DNA of 64,000 nucleotides from positions 117,857-181,856 of the forward strand of contig JBAZJR010000002.1 in the NCBI GenBank assembly GCA_041651195.1. The letters are read 5' to 3'. Below, in pieces: positions 9,001 through 17,518 of the stretch. The notes under the pieces were generated by a model. The model was not told the DNA's origin and did no database searches. It saw nothing but the letters and a program-made list of their open reading frames with translations. Position numbers and translations under genes: made by a program. This DNA is from Patescibacteria group bacterium. GTDB lineage: Bacteria; Patescibacteriota; Patescibacteriia; Patescibacteriales; UBA12465. Each line of letters begins with the position of its first letter. Positions within the stretch are counted from its first letter, which is position 1.

Positions 9001-9105
9001 TCAAAAGACGAGCAAGGCGATGACGACGATGGCCAGCACGATGAGCTCGATGACGAAGATCCGGAGCAAACCAAGGCCGATCTTATCCGGATTGATTAGA
9101 GGCAT
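9001..9105 (-). CDS. possible 34-aa hydrophobic micro-protein
   Basis: ATG at 9105; MPLINPDKIGLGLLRIFVIELIVLAIVVIALLVF*. Its TGA (9001..9003) lies 1 nt from the mutM ATG. No clear Shine-Dalgarno, so the call is speculative. Confidence 0.25.
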   Translation of the reverse strand: MPLINPDKIGLGLLRIFVIELIVLAIVVIALLVF

Positions 9106-9123
9106 AAAGTTAGCATATTAAGG

Positions 9124-9207
9124 TGGGCCGAGTTGGATTCGAACCAACGAAGGCACAAGGCCAGCAGATTTACAGTCTGCCCCAGTTGACCGCTTTGGTA
9201 TCGACCC
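9124..9207 (-). tRNA. tRNA-Tyr(GTA), long variable arm
   Basis: Minus strand reads GGGTCGA...GCAGA CTGTAAA TCTGC + long variable arm + GTTGG TTCGAAT CCAAC TCGGCCC A. CCA is not encoded. Confidence 0.9.
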
Positions 9208-9271
9208 TTAATAAACCCTCAGAGATAAGGGGTGGCTAAAAACAAATTGCACGACAAGCAGTATTTACTAT

Positions 9272-9306
9272 AAAAAAAATATCGGCGCTTGTCAACGCCG
9301 ATATTC
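9272..9306 (-). terminator. intrinsic terminator
   Basis: Stem aatatcggcg / cgccgatatt (9279..9288 / 9297..9306), followed on the minus strand by a T-run (A-run 9272..9278 on +). Confidence 0.7.
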
Positions 9307-9317
9307 TAATTCGTATC

Positions 9318-9716
9318 TTATTGAACGATCGTGGTGATGACAAAGCGGGTCAGAGCGTAAGACATAAAGACCACGACGAGGCCGATAGCCGACCAGATGA
9401 TGATCTCCCGGCCCTTCTTCACTTTCTCGTCGTTGCCGGAAGAAGTCATCCAGGTTAGCCCGCCATAGACGAACATAACCAGGGCGATGGAGCCGACCAG
9501 GCCCATGATCGAATTGATCACCCGGCCGATCAAAGCTTGCGGTGAACTGATGCCGAGAGGGTTAGTCAGGCTCAGGCTGGATGAGTCGGAGTCAGTATTA
9601 TCATGGGTAGTCTGCTGCCCTCCGGTATTGTCTTGGACGGTGCTCTGGGCTAAAGCGGCTGTCAAGTTAAAAATAAATACAAAGATAACTAATAAGCCAA
9701 TTAAAATTTTCCTCAT
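9318..9716 (-). CDS. small secreted/membrane protein, TrbC/VirB2-like 'T4SS pilin' family common in CPR genomes (tentative)
   Basis: 132 aa. Signal peptide ending 'ALAQS', a low-complexity S/T/D linker, then two TM helices around 'MFVYGGLTWMTSSGNDEKVKKGREIIIWSAIGLVVVF'. Confidence 0.55.
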   Translation of the reverse strand: MRKILIGLLVIFVFIFNLTAALAQSTVQDNTGGQQTTHDNTDSDSSSLSLTNPLGISSPQALIGRVINSIMGLVGSIALVMFVYGGLTWMTSSGNDEKVKKGREIIIWSAIGLVVVFMSYALTRFVITTIVQ

Positions 9717-9765
9717 CTTTTTAGAAATTATTAATTTAAGCTAATAAAATTATAACATTTTCTTA

Positions 9766-9799
9766 AAAAATAAAAAAGGGGATGATAAATTCCATCCCC
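9766..9799 (-). terminator. intrinsic terminator
   Basis: Stem ggggatg / catcccc (9778..9784 / 9793..9799), followed on the minus strand by a T-run. Confidence 0.65.
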
Positions 9800-9821
9800 T
9801 AGCTTTGCTTGCACCGAAATT

Positions 9822-11285
9822 TTATAGACCGGCGGTTTGATTAGCTGCCGGCTGACGATATTTTACATCCATCGTCACGCGTTGGTCGGACTTAGAAAAT
9901 ATACTGACACGGCAATGCTTCTTAACCGGCACTTTATCGAAATATCCGTATGATGTGCCATCGTCATAATTTAAGATATGATCATTATTCGTGGAAAAAT
10001 AATTTACGTCAGCAATTTTTTTGTCTTCAAAACCAATAAACCCGGTAGATTCACCAGCCTTGAGGTCGAAAGTGTAGACCCCTGATTCCCTGATAATCCG
10101 AGGAGCTTGCGAACCGATTTGGGGGCTGCTGCTCTCTGGATTTGCCGCAGGACTGCTTGTCGCAGAAGCGGTTTGATCATCTTTTTTTGTTTTCTTGTCA
10201 TCAACTAGTAGGTCTGCTGGGGAAATTATGGATAGCTTAATAGCTTCTATCCAAAGATCTCTACTATTCACAAATGAACCGTTGGCTCGCGGCAACACGA
10301 TCCTAATAAAACTCTGGCCTCCAAACATTGCCGGCTTTTTTTTATGATCGTAGACTAAGAACTTAGTCCCTTCTTTATAGCTCACAACAACATCATCTAA
10401 AGCCTCGATCGATCCGTCGACACTGTTGAATTTAGCTGAGTACAACATACCAATATCTTGCAATAACACGCCGTAACTTTCGCTCGCCTGAACTTTATTT
10501 TCAATATTCTGCCTTTGTATATCGGCACCCAGACTCTCCGATGATATGTCAACCCAGTCTTTAATGACTATATAGGTATTGGGGGAGGCGTATTCCCAAA
10601 CTGCTAAAACGCACATGACTAAGGTCATGGTGGTTATTGACCCACGAAGAGCGCTGGAATGGGTAGCCGTTGCAAATAATATTATACCGATAAATACCAC
10701 TACCAACCCCAACTTCACTGTCATAACTCCTGGATATAGCAGTCCGAAAAACGAGATAAAAGCTAAGAAAGCGATTGCCATTCTTAACCAAGTCGGAATG
10801 ACCGCTCTGTTTATCCGAAATAAGCGCAGAAACAACCCAACTGGTAACCATAATAATAAAGTTAATATGATAACCAATAAAAAACAAATTCCAGCGATTA
10901 CTTCACGACCTAATACGGCGCCGGTAACAATCAGCGCGATTGCGATCAGGATCCCAATAATGGCTATTAACATAGTTTGCCGGATTCCGTGGTCGTTTAA
11001 CCAAGTAATTATTTCCTCGCGGAAATGTACAGCCAAGTATGTGCCGCCAACCATCAATAAAAAAAGAAACGAACCCAAAAGTGACACGCTGGCTATCATG
11101 CCATTCAACAACAAGACGATAATAGTTGCCGCGATAATCGCTACTACTATGACGCCGGCGCGAAATCCTTGCCACAGTTTTCCTAGAATAGCACCAACTA
11201 ATCTAGGGAAGTTAGGTATAATCCAGGATATAACAACAAAAATAGCAAGCAAAACGCCGATTGATAATAAGATACTTATATTCAT
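9822..11285 (-). CDS. hypothetical polytopic membrane protein with a C-terminal soluble domain
   Basis: 487-aa ORF. The first ~230 aa are almost entirely TM helices and the rest is hydrophilic. Visibly lower GC than neighbours. ATGA start/stop overlap with the upstream ORF. Confidence 0.7.
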   Translation of the reverse strand: MNISILLSIGVLLAIFVVISWIIPNFPRLVGAILGKLWQGFRAGVIVVAIIAATIIVLLLNGMIASVSLLGSFLFLLMVGGTYLAVHFREEIITWLNDHGIRQTMLIAIIGILIAIALIVTGAVLGREVIAGICFLLVIILTLLLWLPVGLFLRLFRINRAVIPTWLRMAIAFLAFISFFGLLYPGVMTVKLGLVVVFIGIILFATATHSSALRGSITTMTLVMCVLAVWEYASPNTYIVIKDWVDISSESLGADIQRQNIENKVQASESYGVLLQDIGMLYSAKFNSVDGSIEALDDVVVSYKEGTKFLVYDHKKKPAMFGGQSFIRIVLPRANGSFVNSRDLWIEAIKLSIISPADLLVDDKKTKKDDQTASATSSPAANPESSSPQIGSQAPRIIRESGVYTFDLKAGESTGFIGFEDKKIADVNYFSTNNDHILNYDDGTSYGYFDKVPVKKHCRVSIFSKSDQRVTMDVKYRQPAANQTAGL

Positions 11286-11890
11286 GATCTTCCTCCTGAT
11301 TGTTCTAATTTGTCAGCCAAATCAGCAAATGTGCTGTTTAGGCTATTTAACCAACCCTTGGTCTGCGCTGTCTTCTCCTTGATCAAAGGGTTATTAATCA
11401 CTTTTTCAGCGCCTGCACTAAATGCCTTTCTCAGATTATCTGGCAAGTTTCTATCAGCGCCCGATCTCTTCAGCGCAGCGATAAAATCTTCCCGTGTTTT
11501 CAGCTGAGCAAAATACTTGATAATAGCCGCTCCATCGGGATTAACCAGAACCTGTTCTTCGTTGCCGCTAGCCCCCTTGGCCTTAATGAATTCACAACGC
11601 CTGGCAACCAACAAACGAAATTCTGTAAGTTGCGCTGGAGTCAGTTCTTTCAAATAAGCCGTAAGATTCTCAATATCTGAATCGGTTACATTCAAATATT
11701 GACGAGCATATATCTCGGCATGGATATAATTTTCCTCATCATTAAATCCTACGCCGAAAGGCAATGATTTCAGATACTGCACTCCTTTGTCAGCAACCTC
11801 TTTGCCGATATTGGTGAAGATGCTAAATAATAAATCTTGAGCTTTATCAAAAACGACATGCTCTACGAAATCCTTAGCAATTTTTGCCAT
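11282..11890 (-). CDS. hypothetical soluble protein
   Basis: 202-aa ORF with a strong Shine-Dalgarno (AAGGAGGG) 7 nt upstream. I recognise no motif. Low GC. Confidence 0.7.
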   Translation of the reverse strand: MAKIAKDFVEHVVFDKAQDLLFSIFTNIGKEVADKGVQYLKSLPFGVGFNDEENYIHAEIYARQYLNVTDSDIENLTAYLKELTPAQLTEFRLLVARRCEFIKAKGASGNEEQVLVNPDGAAIIKYFAQLKTREDFIAALKRSGADRNLPDNLRKAFSAGAEKVINNPLIKEKTAQTKGWLNSLNSTFADLADKLEQSGGRS

Positions 11891-11999
11891 AATTTCAGCC
11901 CTCCTTAGGCTGTATTTTGTTTTTTATTTTTATTTTCGATTTTCAATTGTTAAATAACTCCTTTTGCCAGGGCAACCGAAGCTCATTATGTAATAGACA

Positions 12000-12028
12000 A
12001 TTATACATCATTTATCAAATTTTGTCAA
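12000..12028 (-). promoter_or_regulatory. consensus sigma70-type promoter
   Basis: Minus strand reads TTGACA (12028..12023), a 17-nt spacer, then TATAAT (12005..12000), about 110 nt upstream of the 11890 start codon. Confidence 0.65.
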
Positions 12029-12116
12029 TATTTTAACGATATAAATATCTTCTATAATTAAATAAATAATCTAATAATAAACAAAAAACCACCTCTACGG
12101 TGATTTTTCAAAACTG

Positions 12117-12189
12117 AGCCGTTGACCGGGATTGAACCGGTGACCTTCTCCTTACCATGGAGATGCTCTACCAGCTGAGCTACAACGGC
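12117..12189 (-). tRNA. tRNA-Thr(GGT)
   Basis: Minus strand reads GCCGTTG TA GCTC AGCTGGTA GAGC A TCTCC ATGGTAA GGAGA AGGTC ACCGG TTCAATC CCGGT CAACGGC T. CCA is not encoded. Confidence 0.9.
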
Positions 12190-12193
12190 AACT

Positions 12194-12295
12194 GGCAGGA
12201 GCACATTTTATCGCTTCGGTAATTTCTGGGGCAAAAATCAATTACATTGATTTTTGCTCTACGAAATTACAGGCGCTCTTAAATATGCTCCTGCC
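12194..12295 (-). other. 102-nt three-tier imperfect hairpin between a CDS stop and tRNA-Thr
   Basis: Outer stem 12194..12208 / 12281..12295 (14 of 15 bp). Middle stem gtaatttc / gaaattac (12219..12226 / 12263..12270). Inner stem gcaaaaatcaat / attgatttttgc (12231..12242 / 12246..12257) with a 3-nt loop. Confidence 0.6.
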
Positions 12296-12300
12296 TCACA

Positions 12301-13104
12301 TTATAAATTTTGGATCTTTTCCGCCCACTCGCCCAGCTTCTGATTCTCCGGGTTGACGGCGGCCAATTTATCTAGATACTCCTGCGCCAATGTTTTGTCT
12401 TTCCTCATTATACTTAAATCTAAAATTAAATCAAGATAGCGCGGATTATTCGGTTCCCGTTCCAAAGCTTCGCGGATGTTTTCCAGGGCCGCGTCCTGGT
12501 CATCGGCCTCTTTAGCCGCGCTGGCTAAGGAAAAATATATCTCCTGCGCCGGAATTACGGCCGGCTGATCGGCTGAGCCCGCTTGTCCGGCTAATTTCAA
12601 GGCATATTCATAGGTCTCGCGCGCTTCCGGCCACTTCTTCTGCCGTCCGTAAAGATTGCCGAGAGCGAAGAAGGCTTCCAAGTTCTTCTGGTCTAAACTG
12701 ACGATAGCCAGCAGCTTCTCTTCCGAGCCAGCCTCGTCTTCTTTCTTCAAGTCTTCCTCGGCGGCAGCTGCCAATTCCTTAATCTTCTTCTGTTTGTCGT
12801 GCCAGGATATCTTCAGGTTAGCTAAATTAGTCGTCTGTAATTTTTTAAGCTGTGTCTGCCGTTCTTTTAAGATTGCGGAAATCTTCTTGATAATCGCCAG
12901 CCAGATGCGGCCGAAAAAGCCGCCTACTGAGGCGAGATCGCGGCTGACCCGCGTCTTGATTATTTCCTCCTTGAATTTCGCCTCCTTCTCGCCTGGCAGA
13001 TCGGACACGTTCAAGATAGCGAGCGCCGGAAATTTCTTGACGACGATAAACAGTATGACGATGAGGGCGATGATTATGAGGATCCAGGAGAGCGTTATGA
13101 ACAT
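12301..13104 (-). CDS. membrane-anchored TPR-repeat protein
   Basis: 267 aa. N-terminal TM helix, a charged coiled segment, then TPR-like repeats ('AFFALGNLYGRQKKWPEARETYEYALKL', 'ALENIREALEREPNNPRYLDL'). Confidence 0.75.
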   Translation of the reverse strand: MFITLSWILIIIALIVILFIVVKKFPALAILNVSDLPGEKEAKFKEEIIKTRVSRDLASVGGFFGRIWLAIIKKISAILKERQTQLKKLQTTNLANLKISWHDKQKKIKELAAAAEEDLKKEDEAGSEEKLLAIVSLDQKNLEAFFALGNLYGRQKKWPEARETYEYALKLAGQAGSADQPAVIPAQEIYFSLASAAKEADDQDAALENIREALEREPNNPRYLDLILDLSIMRKDKTLAQEYLDKLAAVNPENQKLGEWAEKIQNL

Positions 13105-13835
13105 ATAGAAATAAAATCTTTTAATTTTAACGAAGCGCCTCCGACCAAGAGGCCGTTGATATCCTTGCCCGCCAAAAATGCCGCGGCATTCTCGGCATTG
13201 ACGCTGCCGCCATATAAGACGCGGACTTGCTTCTTCAAGATAGCCGCCGCCCGGACTTTCAGAAAAGAATGGACCGCGGATGCTTCCGGAACGGACAGCG
13301 GTCGGGCATTCTTATTAGTACTGATCGCCCAGACGGGTTCATAGGCGATGATCAGGCTATTGATGTCTTTGATCTTAATATCTTTTAAAGCCCGGCGTAA
13401 TTCGGAAGCTAGGTATTGTTTTGTTCTTCCCGCCTGCCTCTCGGCCAATTTCTCGCCGACGCATAAGACCGGGATCAGGCCCTGCGCCAAGGCGGCCTTA
13501 AGCTTAGTATTGATCAAGGAGGCGTTCTCATGCAGATGCGCCCGCCGTTCACTATGTCCCAAGATCACGTATTTTACGCCGCAAGCCTTGAGGTTCAAAG
13601 GAGAAACTTCGCCGGTATACGCGCCCGCGGCGCTGCCAGCGCTATCTTGGGCGCCCAATGCCAGTCCGGACTTCCTGACGACCTGCGCGACAGCCGGCAA
13701 AACCAGATGATCCGGCGCGACAACGACCGTATTGTCTGTCTTAATCCGGCGAACATAAGCTCGGGCCAAAGCCAGGCTCGCCTGATAACTCAACTGCATC
13801 TTCCAATTAGCGATAATTAATTTCTTCATATTCAT
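13095..13835 (-). CDS. tpiA: triosephosphate isomerase
   Basis: 246 aa with 'IANWKM', 'LGHSERR' and 'AYEPVWAI' motifs. Confidence 0.92.
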   Translation of the reverse strand: MNMKKLIIANWKMQLSYQASLALARAYVRRIKTDNTVVVAPDHLVLPAVAQVVRKSGLALGAQDSAGSAAGAYTGEVSPLNLKACGVKYVILGHSERRAHLHENASLINTKLKAALAQGLIPVLCVGEKLAERQAGRTKQYLASELRRALKDIKIKDINSLIIAYEPVWAISTNKNARPLSVPEASAVHSFLKVRAAAILKKQVRVLYGGSVNAENAAAFLAGKDINGLLVGGASLKLKDFISICS

Positions 13836-14755
13836 AGCTTAGACTTAGCCCAAGCGATCGTCCGCTTGACGCCTTCTTCCAACCCGATTTGCGGCTCCCA
13901 ATTCAGGACGCTCTTGGCCCGCTGGCAATTCAGGCAGCTCCGCCGCTGTTCGCCGGGCTTGGCCGGCGCTTCTTTTACTTCGATAGCTTGCCCTAAAGCA
14001 GCTTCGATAGATTTCCGGATATCCAAAAGATTGGTTTCGCGGCCGAAGCCGATATTGATCTCGCCGTGGCAAGTTATATCCTTAGCCGAGACCAGGGCGC
14101 GGACGACATCGTCCACATAGACGAAATCGCGCGTCTGCCGGCCGTCGCCGTATTGCGTGCTCGCTTGGCCTTTGACGGCGTTATCGATGAATATCGCGAT
14201 CACGCCGGCCTCGCCGCCTTTGAACTGGCGCGGGCCATAGACGTTCGCGAAACGCAAAGTCGTATAGTCTAAGCCGTAAACCTGATAATAGCAATTCAGA
14301 TATTTTTCAAAAGTCAGCTTATGGATACCATAAAAAGAAACCGGATAAGGCGGGAAGCTTTCGGTCGTGGGGATCTCCTCGGCATCGCCATAGATCGCGC
14401 CGCCGGTCGAAGAAAAGATTATTTTCTTGACGCCATGCTGGCGGCAGTTCTCTAAGATATTCAGGCCGCCTAAGGCATTGATCCGATTATCGCGGACCGG
14501 GTCGGCCATAGATTTCGACACTTCGATCTGCGCGGCCAGATGGTAGACGACCTCCGGTTTTTCGGTTTGGAAGATCGCGGCGATATCTGGCGAGCCGATA
14601 TCGAGCTTATAAAATTTAGCCGCCGGATTAAGATAATCCTCCCGCCCGGACGAAAGGTCGTCGATGACGACAACCTGATGTCTCGCGGCAATGAGCGCGT
14701 CTACGAGGTTAGAACCGATAAAACCGGCACCGCCGGTCACGAGTATTTTAGACAT
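13832..14755 (-). CDS. NAD-dependent epimerase/dehydratase (GalE/UDP-sugar epimerase-like SDR)
   Basis: 307 aa. Rossmann 'VTGGAGFIGSNL' and a catalytic 'YGIHK' (YxxxK). Confidence 0.85.
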   Translation of the reverse strand: MSKILVTGGAGFIGSNLVDALIAARHQVVVIDDLSSGREDYLNPAAKFYKLDIGSPDIAAIFQTEKPEVVYHLAAQIEVSKSMADPVRDNRINALGGLNILENCRQHGVKKIIFSSTGGAIYGDAEEIPTTESFPPYPVSFYGIHKLTFEKYLNCYYQVYGLDYTTLRFANVYGPRQFKGGEAGVIAIFIDNAVKGQASTQYGDGRQTRDFVYVDDVVRALVSAKDITCHGEINIGFGRETNLLDIRKSIEAALGQAIEVKEAPAKPGEQRRSCLNCQRAKSVLNWEPQIGLEEGVKRTIAWAKSKL

Positions 14756-14923
14756 ATACCATTATAATAACACGATTTTTTAGGAAAAAAAAGTGTTCGG
14801 CCGAAAGCTTCCGAAATAGTTGCCAAAACTTATTTTTTTTGCTAAGATAATACTAGATAATAAGATTAAAAACTAAGCAAAAATACCCCAATTTCCGGGA
14901 GTTTTTTGTTGTAAAGAGTCTAA

Positions 14924-16984
14924 ATGCATATGGCAAAAGATGTAAAAAAAACTAGCAACTACGGCGCGGAGCAGATCACGGTTTTAGAGGGTCTCGACCC
15001 GGTCCGGAAGCGCCCCGGCATGTATATCGGTTCGACTTCGGCCGCTGGCCTCCATCATCTGATCTGGGAAGTGGTCGATAATTGTATCGACGAAGCTATG
15101 GCTGGCTACGCCAACGAAATTTCGGTTTCCCTGCTCCCGCAAGGCCTGGTGGAAGTTATTGATAACGGCCGCGGCATACCGGTAGAAAAACATAAAGTAA
15201 CCGGCGTTTCCGCGCTCGAAACCGTCTTGACTAAGCTACATGCCGGCGGCAAATTCGGCGGCGAAGGCTATAAAGTTTCCGGCGGTTTGCACGGCGTCGG
15301 CGTTTCCGTGGTCAATGCTCTTAGCGAATACCTGAAAGCCGAGGTGCGCCGCGATGGCAAGACCTGGATGCAGGAATATAATATCGGCAAACCCTTGAAG
15401 CCGGCTAAACCGGTCGGACCGGCCAAAGGAACCGGCACGACAATCACTTTCAAAGCAGATAAGACGATCTTTACCGAACTAGAATATAATTGGGGGAAAG
15501 TCTTAGACCGTCTGCGGCAGCAGGCCTACCTGACCAAGGGGATCACGATCAATGTCTCCGATCAGCGCGAAGGACACCGGCCCAAAAAATATAAATTCCA
15601 TTTTGAAGGCGGCATTAAATCATATATCAAATCCCTACACCGCAATAAGGCCGTCAAGAACGATACGGTTTTTTATATTGATAAGGATATCAATAATTGC
15701 AAAGTTGAGGTCGCCTTACAATACAACGACGAATACAACGAAACCGTGCTCACTTTCGCGAATAATATCCATAACCCCGAAGGCGGGACGCATCTCGTCG
15801 GCTTCCGTACCGCTCTGACCCGGGTTTTAAATAACTACGCCCGCAATAAGAACATCCTGAAAGAAAAGCAGGAGAACCTGACCGGCGACGACGTTCGCGA
15901 AGGACTGACCGCCATCATCAGCGTTAAATTGCCGGATCCGCAATTCGAAGGCCAGACTAAGGGTAAGCTGGGGAACGCGGAAATGAAAGGATATGTAGAA
16001 GCCGCCTTCGGCGAAAGCTTTAATACTTTTCTGGAAGAACATCCGAAAGAAGCAGAGGCCATCATCGGCAAATGTCTCCTTTCCGCCCAGGCGCGCTTAG
16101 CCGCTCGGACAGCGCGCGCGAGCATCCTGCGCAAAGGAGCGCTCGAAGGCATGACTTTGCCCGGTAAATTGGCTGATTGTTCCAGTCGCCATCCGGAAGA
16201 ATGCGAATTATATATCGTCGAGGGCGATTCGGCCGGCGGTTCGGCGAAGCAAGGCCGCAACCGAAAATTCCAGGCGATCCTGCCTTTGCGCGGCAAGATC
16301 CTGAACGTCGAACGCGCCCGGCTCGATAAGATGCTCGCTAATAATGAAATCAAGAACTTAGTCATCGCCCTAGGCACCAACATCGACGAGCAGATCGACC
16401 TGGAAAAACTGCGTTATCACCGCATCATCATCATGACCGATGCCGACGTCGACGGCGCCCATATCCGCACCCTGCTCCTGACCCTGTTCTTCCGCCATTT
16501 CACGCCGCTCATCATGGGGGGGCATATCTATATCGCCCAACCGCCCTTATACCAGCTGAAGAAAGGAACGACCGTGCGCTATGCTTATAGCGATGAGGAG
16601 AAAGAAAAAATAATCACTGAACTGGGCGGCAGCCTGCAAGAAGCCGAAGAAGTCGGCCTCGAAACCGACGACGGCGAAGAACTGAGCGTTGAACCGCTGG
16701 CCGAAGCGGCCGAAGATAAGAAGGGAAAAAAAGGCGCGGAAACCGAAGATAAGAAAAAAGCGGCTAAGATAAGCATCCAGCGCTACAAAGGTTTGGGCGA
16801 AATGAATCCGGAACAGCTCTGGGAAACGACAATGGATCCGGAGCGCCGCATCGTCAAGCAAGTAACGATCGATGACGCGGCCAAGGCCGACCAGATCTTC
16901 GATATGCTGATGGGCGACAATGTCGCGCCGCGCAAGAATTTCATCCAGACCCACGCCAAAAAAGTAGAAAATTTAGATATTTAA
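14924..16984 (+). CDS. gyrB: DNA gyrase subunit B
   Basis: 686 aa with 'YGAEQITVLEGLDPVRKRPGMYIG', 'LHGVG', 'EGDSAGG' and 'QRYKGLGEM'. The start could be 14924 or 14930. There is an acidic/lysine-rich insertion just before the QRYKGLGEM box. Confidence 0.95.
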   Translation: MHMAKDVKKTSNYGAEQITVLEGLDPVRKRPGMYIGSTSAAGLHHLIWEVVDNCIDEAMAGYANEISVSLLPQGLVEVIDNGRGIPVEKHKVTGVSALETVLTKLHAGGKFGGEGYKVSGGLHGVGVSVVNALSEYLKAEVRRDGKTWMQEYNIGKPLKPAKPVGPAKGTGTTITFKADKTIFTELEYNWGKVLDRLRQQAYLTKGITINVSDQREGHRPKKYKFHFEGGIKSYIKSLHRNKAVKNDTVFYIDKDINNCKVEVALQYNDEYNETVLTFANNIHNPEGGTHLVGFRTALTRVLNNYARNKNILKEKQENLTGDDVREGLTAIISVKLPDPQFEGQTKGKLGNAEMKGYVEAAFGESFNTFLEEHPKEAEAIIGKCLLSAQARLAARTARASILRKGALEGMTLPGKLADCSSRHPEECELYIVEGDSAGGSAKQGRNRKFQAILPLRGKILNVERARLDKMLANNEIKNLVIALGTNIDEQIDLEKLRYHRIIIMTDADVDGAHIRTLLLTLFFRHFTPLIMGGHIYIAQPPLYQLKKGTTVRYAYSDEEKEKIITELGGSLQEAEEVGLETDDGEELSVEPLAEAAEDKKGKKGAETEDKKKAAKISIQRYKGLGEMNPEQLWETTMDPERRIVKQVTIDDAAKADQIFDMLMGDNVAPRKNFIQTHAKKVENLDI

Positions 16985-17015
16985 ACCTGCGCGCTCCGCG
17001 CCGGAAAATCGCTAT

Positions 17016-17447
17016 ATGTATATTTATCTTCTCTGCCCGATTATCGCCTTCATCCTGGCTCAGGGCGCCAAAGTCTTCATCAATTCCCTAACCCATCGGA
17101 TCACCTGGCATGACGTTTTCGCCTATTCAGATATGCCTTCCGGACATACTGCCGTGGTCACGGCGCTCGTGGCGATCATCGGGCTCAAGCTCGGCCTGAG
17201 TTCGCCGATCTTCGCGACCGCTTTCGTCTTCGCGACCATCGTGATCGTCGACGCCATCGGCTTGCGCAATTACCTAGGCCAACACGGCAAAACTTTGAAT
17301 ATCCTAGTCAAAGACCTGAAGGAAGACGAATTCCTGGATCGCAGCTATCCGAAACTGCTAGAGCGCATCGGGCACACCCCGCTCCAGGTCATGATTGGCG
17401 CCCTGGTCGGGATAATCACGAGCGCGCTCGGATTCTGGTTATTCTAA
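17016..17447 (+). CDS. divergent PAP2 family membrane protein (DUF212)
   Basis: 143 aa with 'MPSGHTA' and 'GHTPLQV' motifs in a 4-TM frame. Confidence 0.75.
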   Translation: MYIYLLCPIIAFILAQGAKVFINSLTHRITWHDVFAYSDMPSGHTAVVTALVAIIGLKLGLSSPIFATAFVFATIVIVDAIGLRNYLGQHGKTLNILVKDLKEDEFLDRSYPKLLERIGHTPLQVMIGALVGIITSALGFWLF

Positions 17448-17483
17448 AACGAACAGGGAGGAAAAGATAACCTAGATAAATTT

Positions 17484-17514
17484 AAAAGCCGTTATTTATG
17501 ATAACGGCTTTTTT
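17484..17514. terminator. bidirectional intrinsic terminator between convergent genes
   Basis: 12-bp stem aaaagccgttat / ataacggctttt with a 5-nt loop, flanked by A and T runs. Confidence 0.75.
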
Positions 17515-17518
17515 GATT

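Noticed and set aside
8999-9074. N-terminal poly-Ser extension of the mutM ORF
   Set aside because: The catalytic N-terminal Pro requires the protein to start MPELPEVE (ATG at 8999). The extension is low-complexity and out of character.
10579-11382. 267-aa plus-strand ORF
   Set aside because: It is antisense to the longer 487-aa minus-strand ORF, which has coherent TM helices, a terminator and operon context. The plus-strand translation is low-complexity (N/T/I/P-rich).
15835-16383. 182-aa minus-strand ORF inside gyrB
   Set aside because: It is an antisense shadow ORF of gyrB with no start context.
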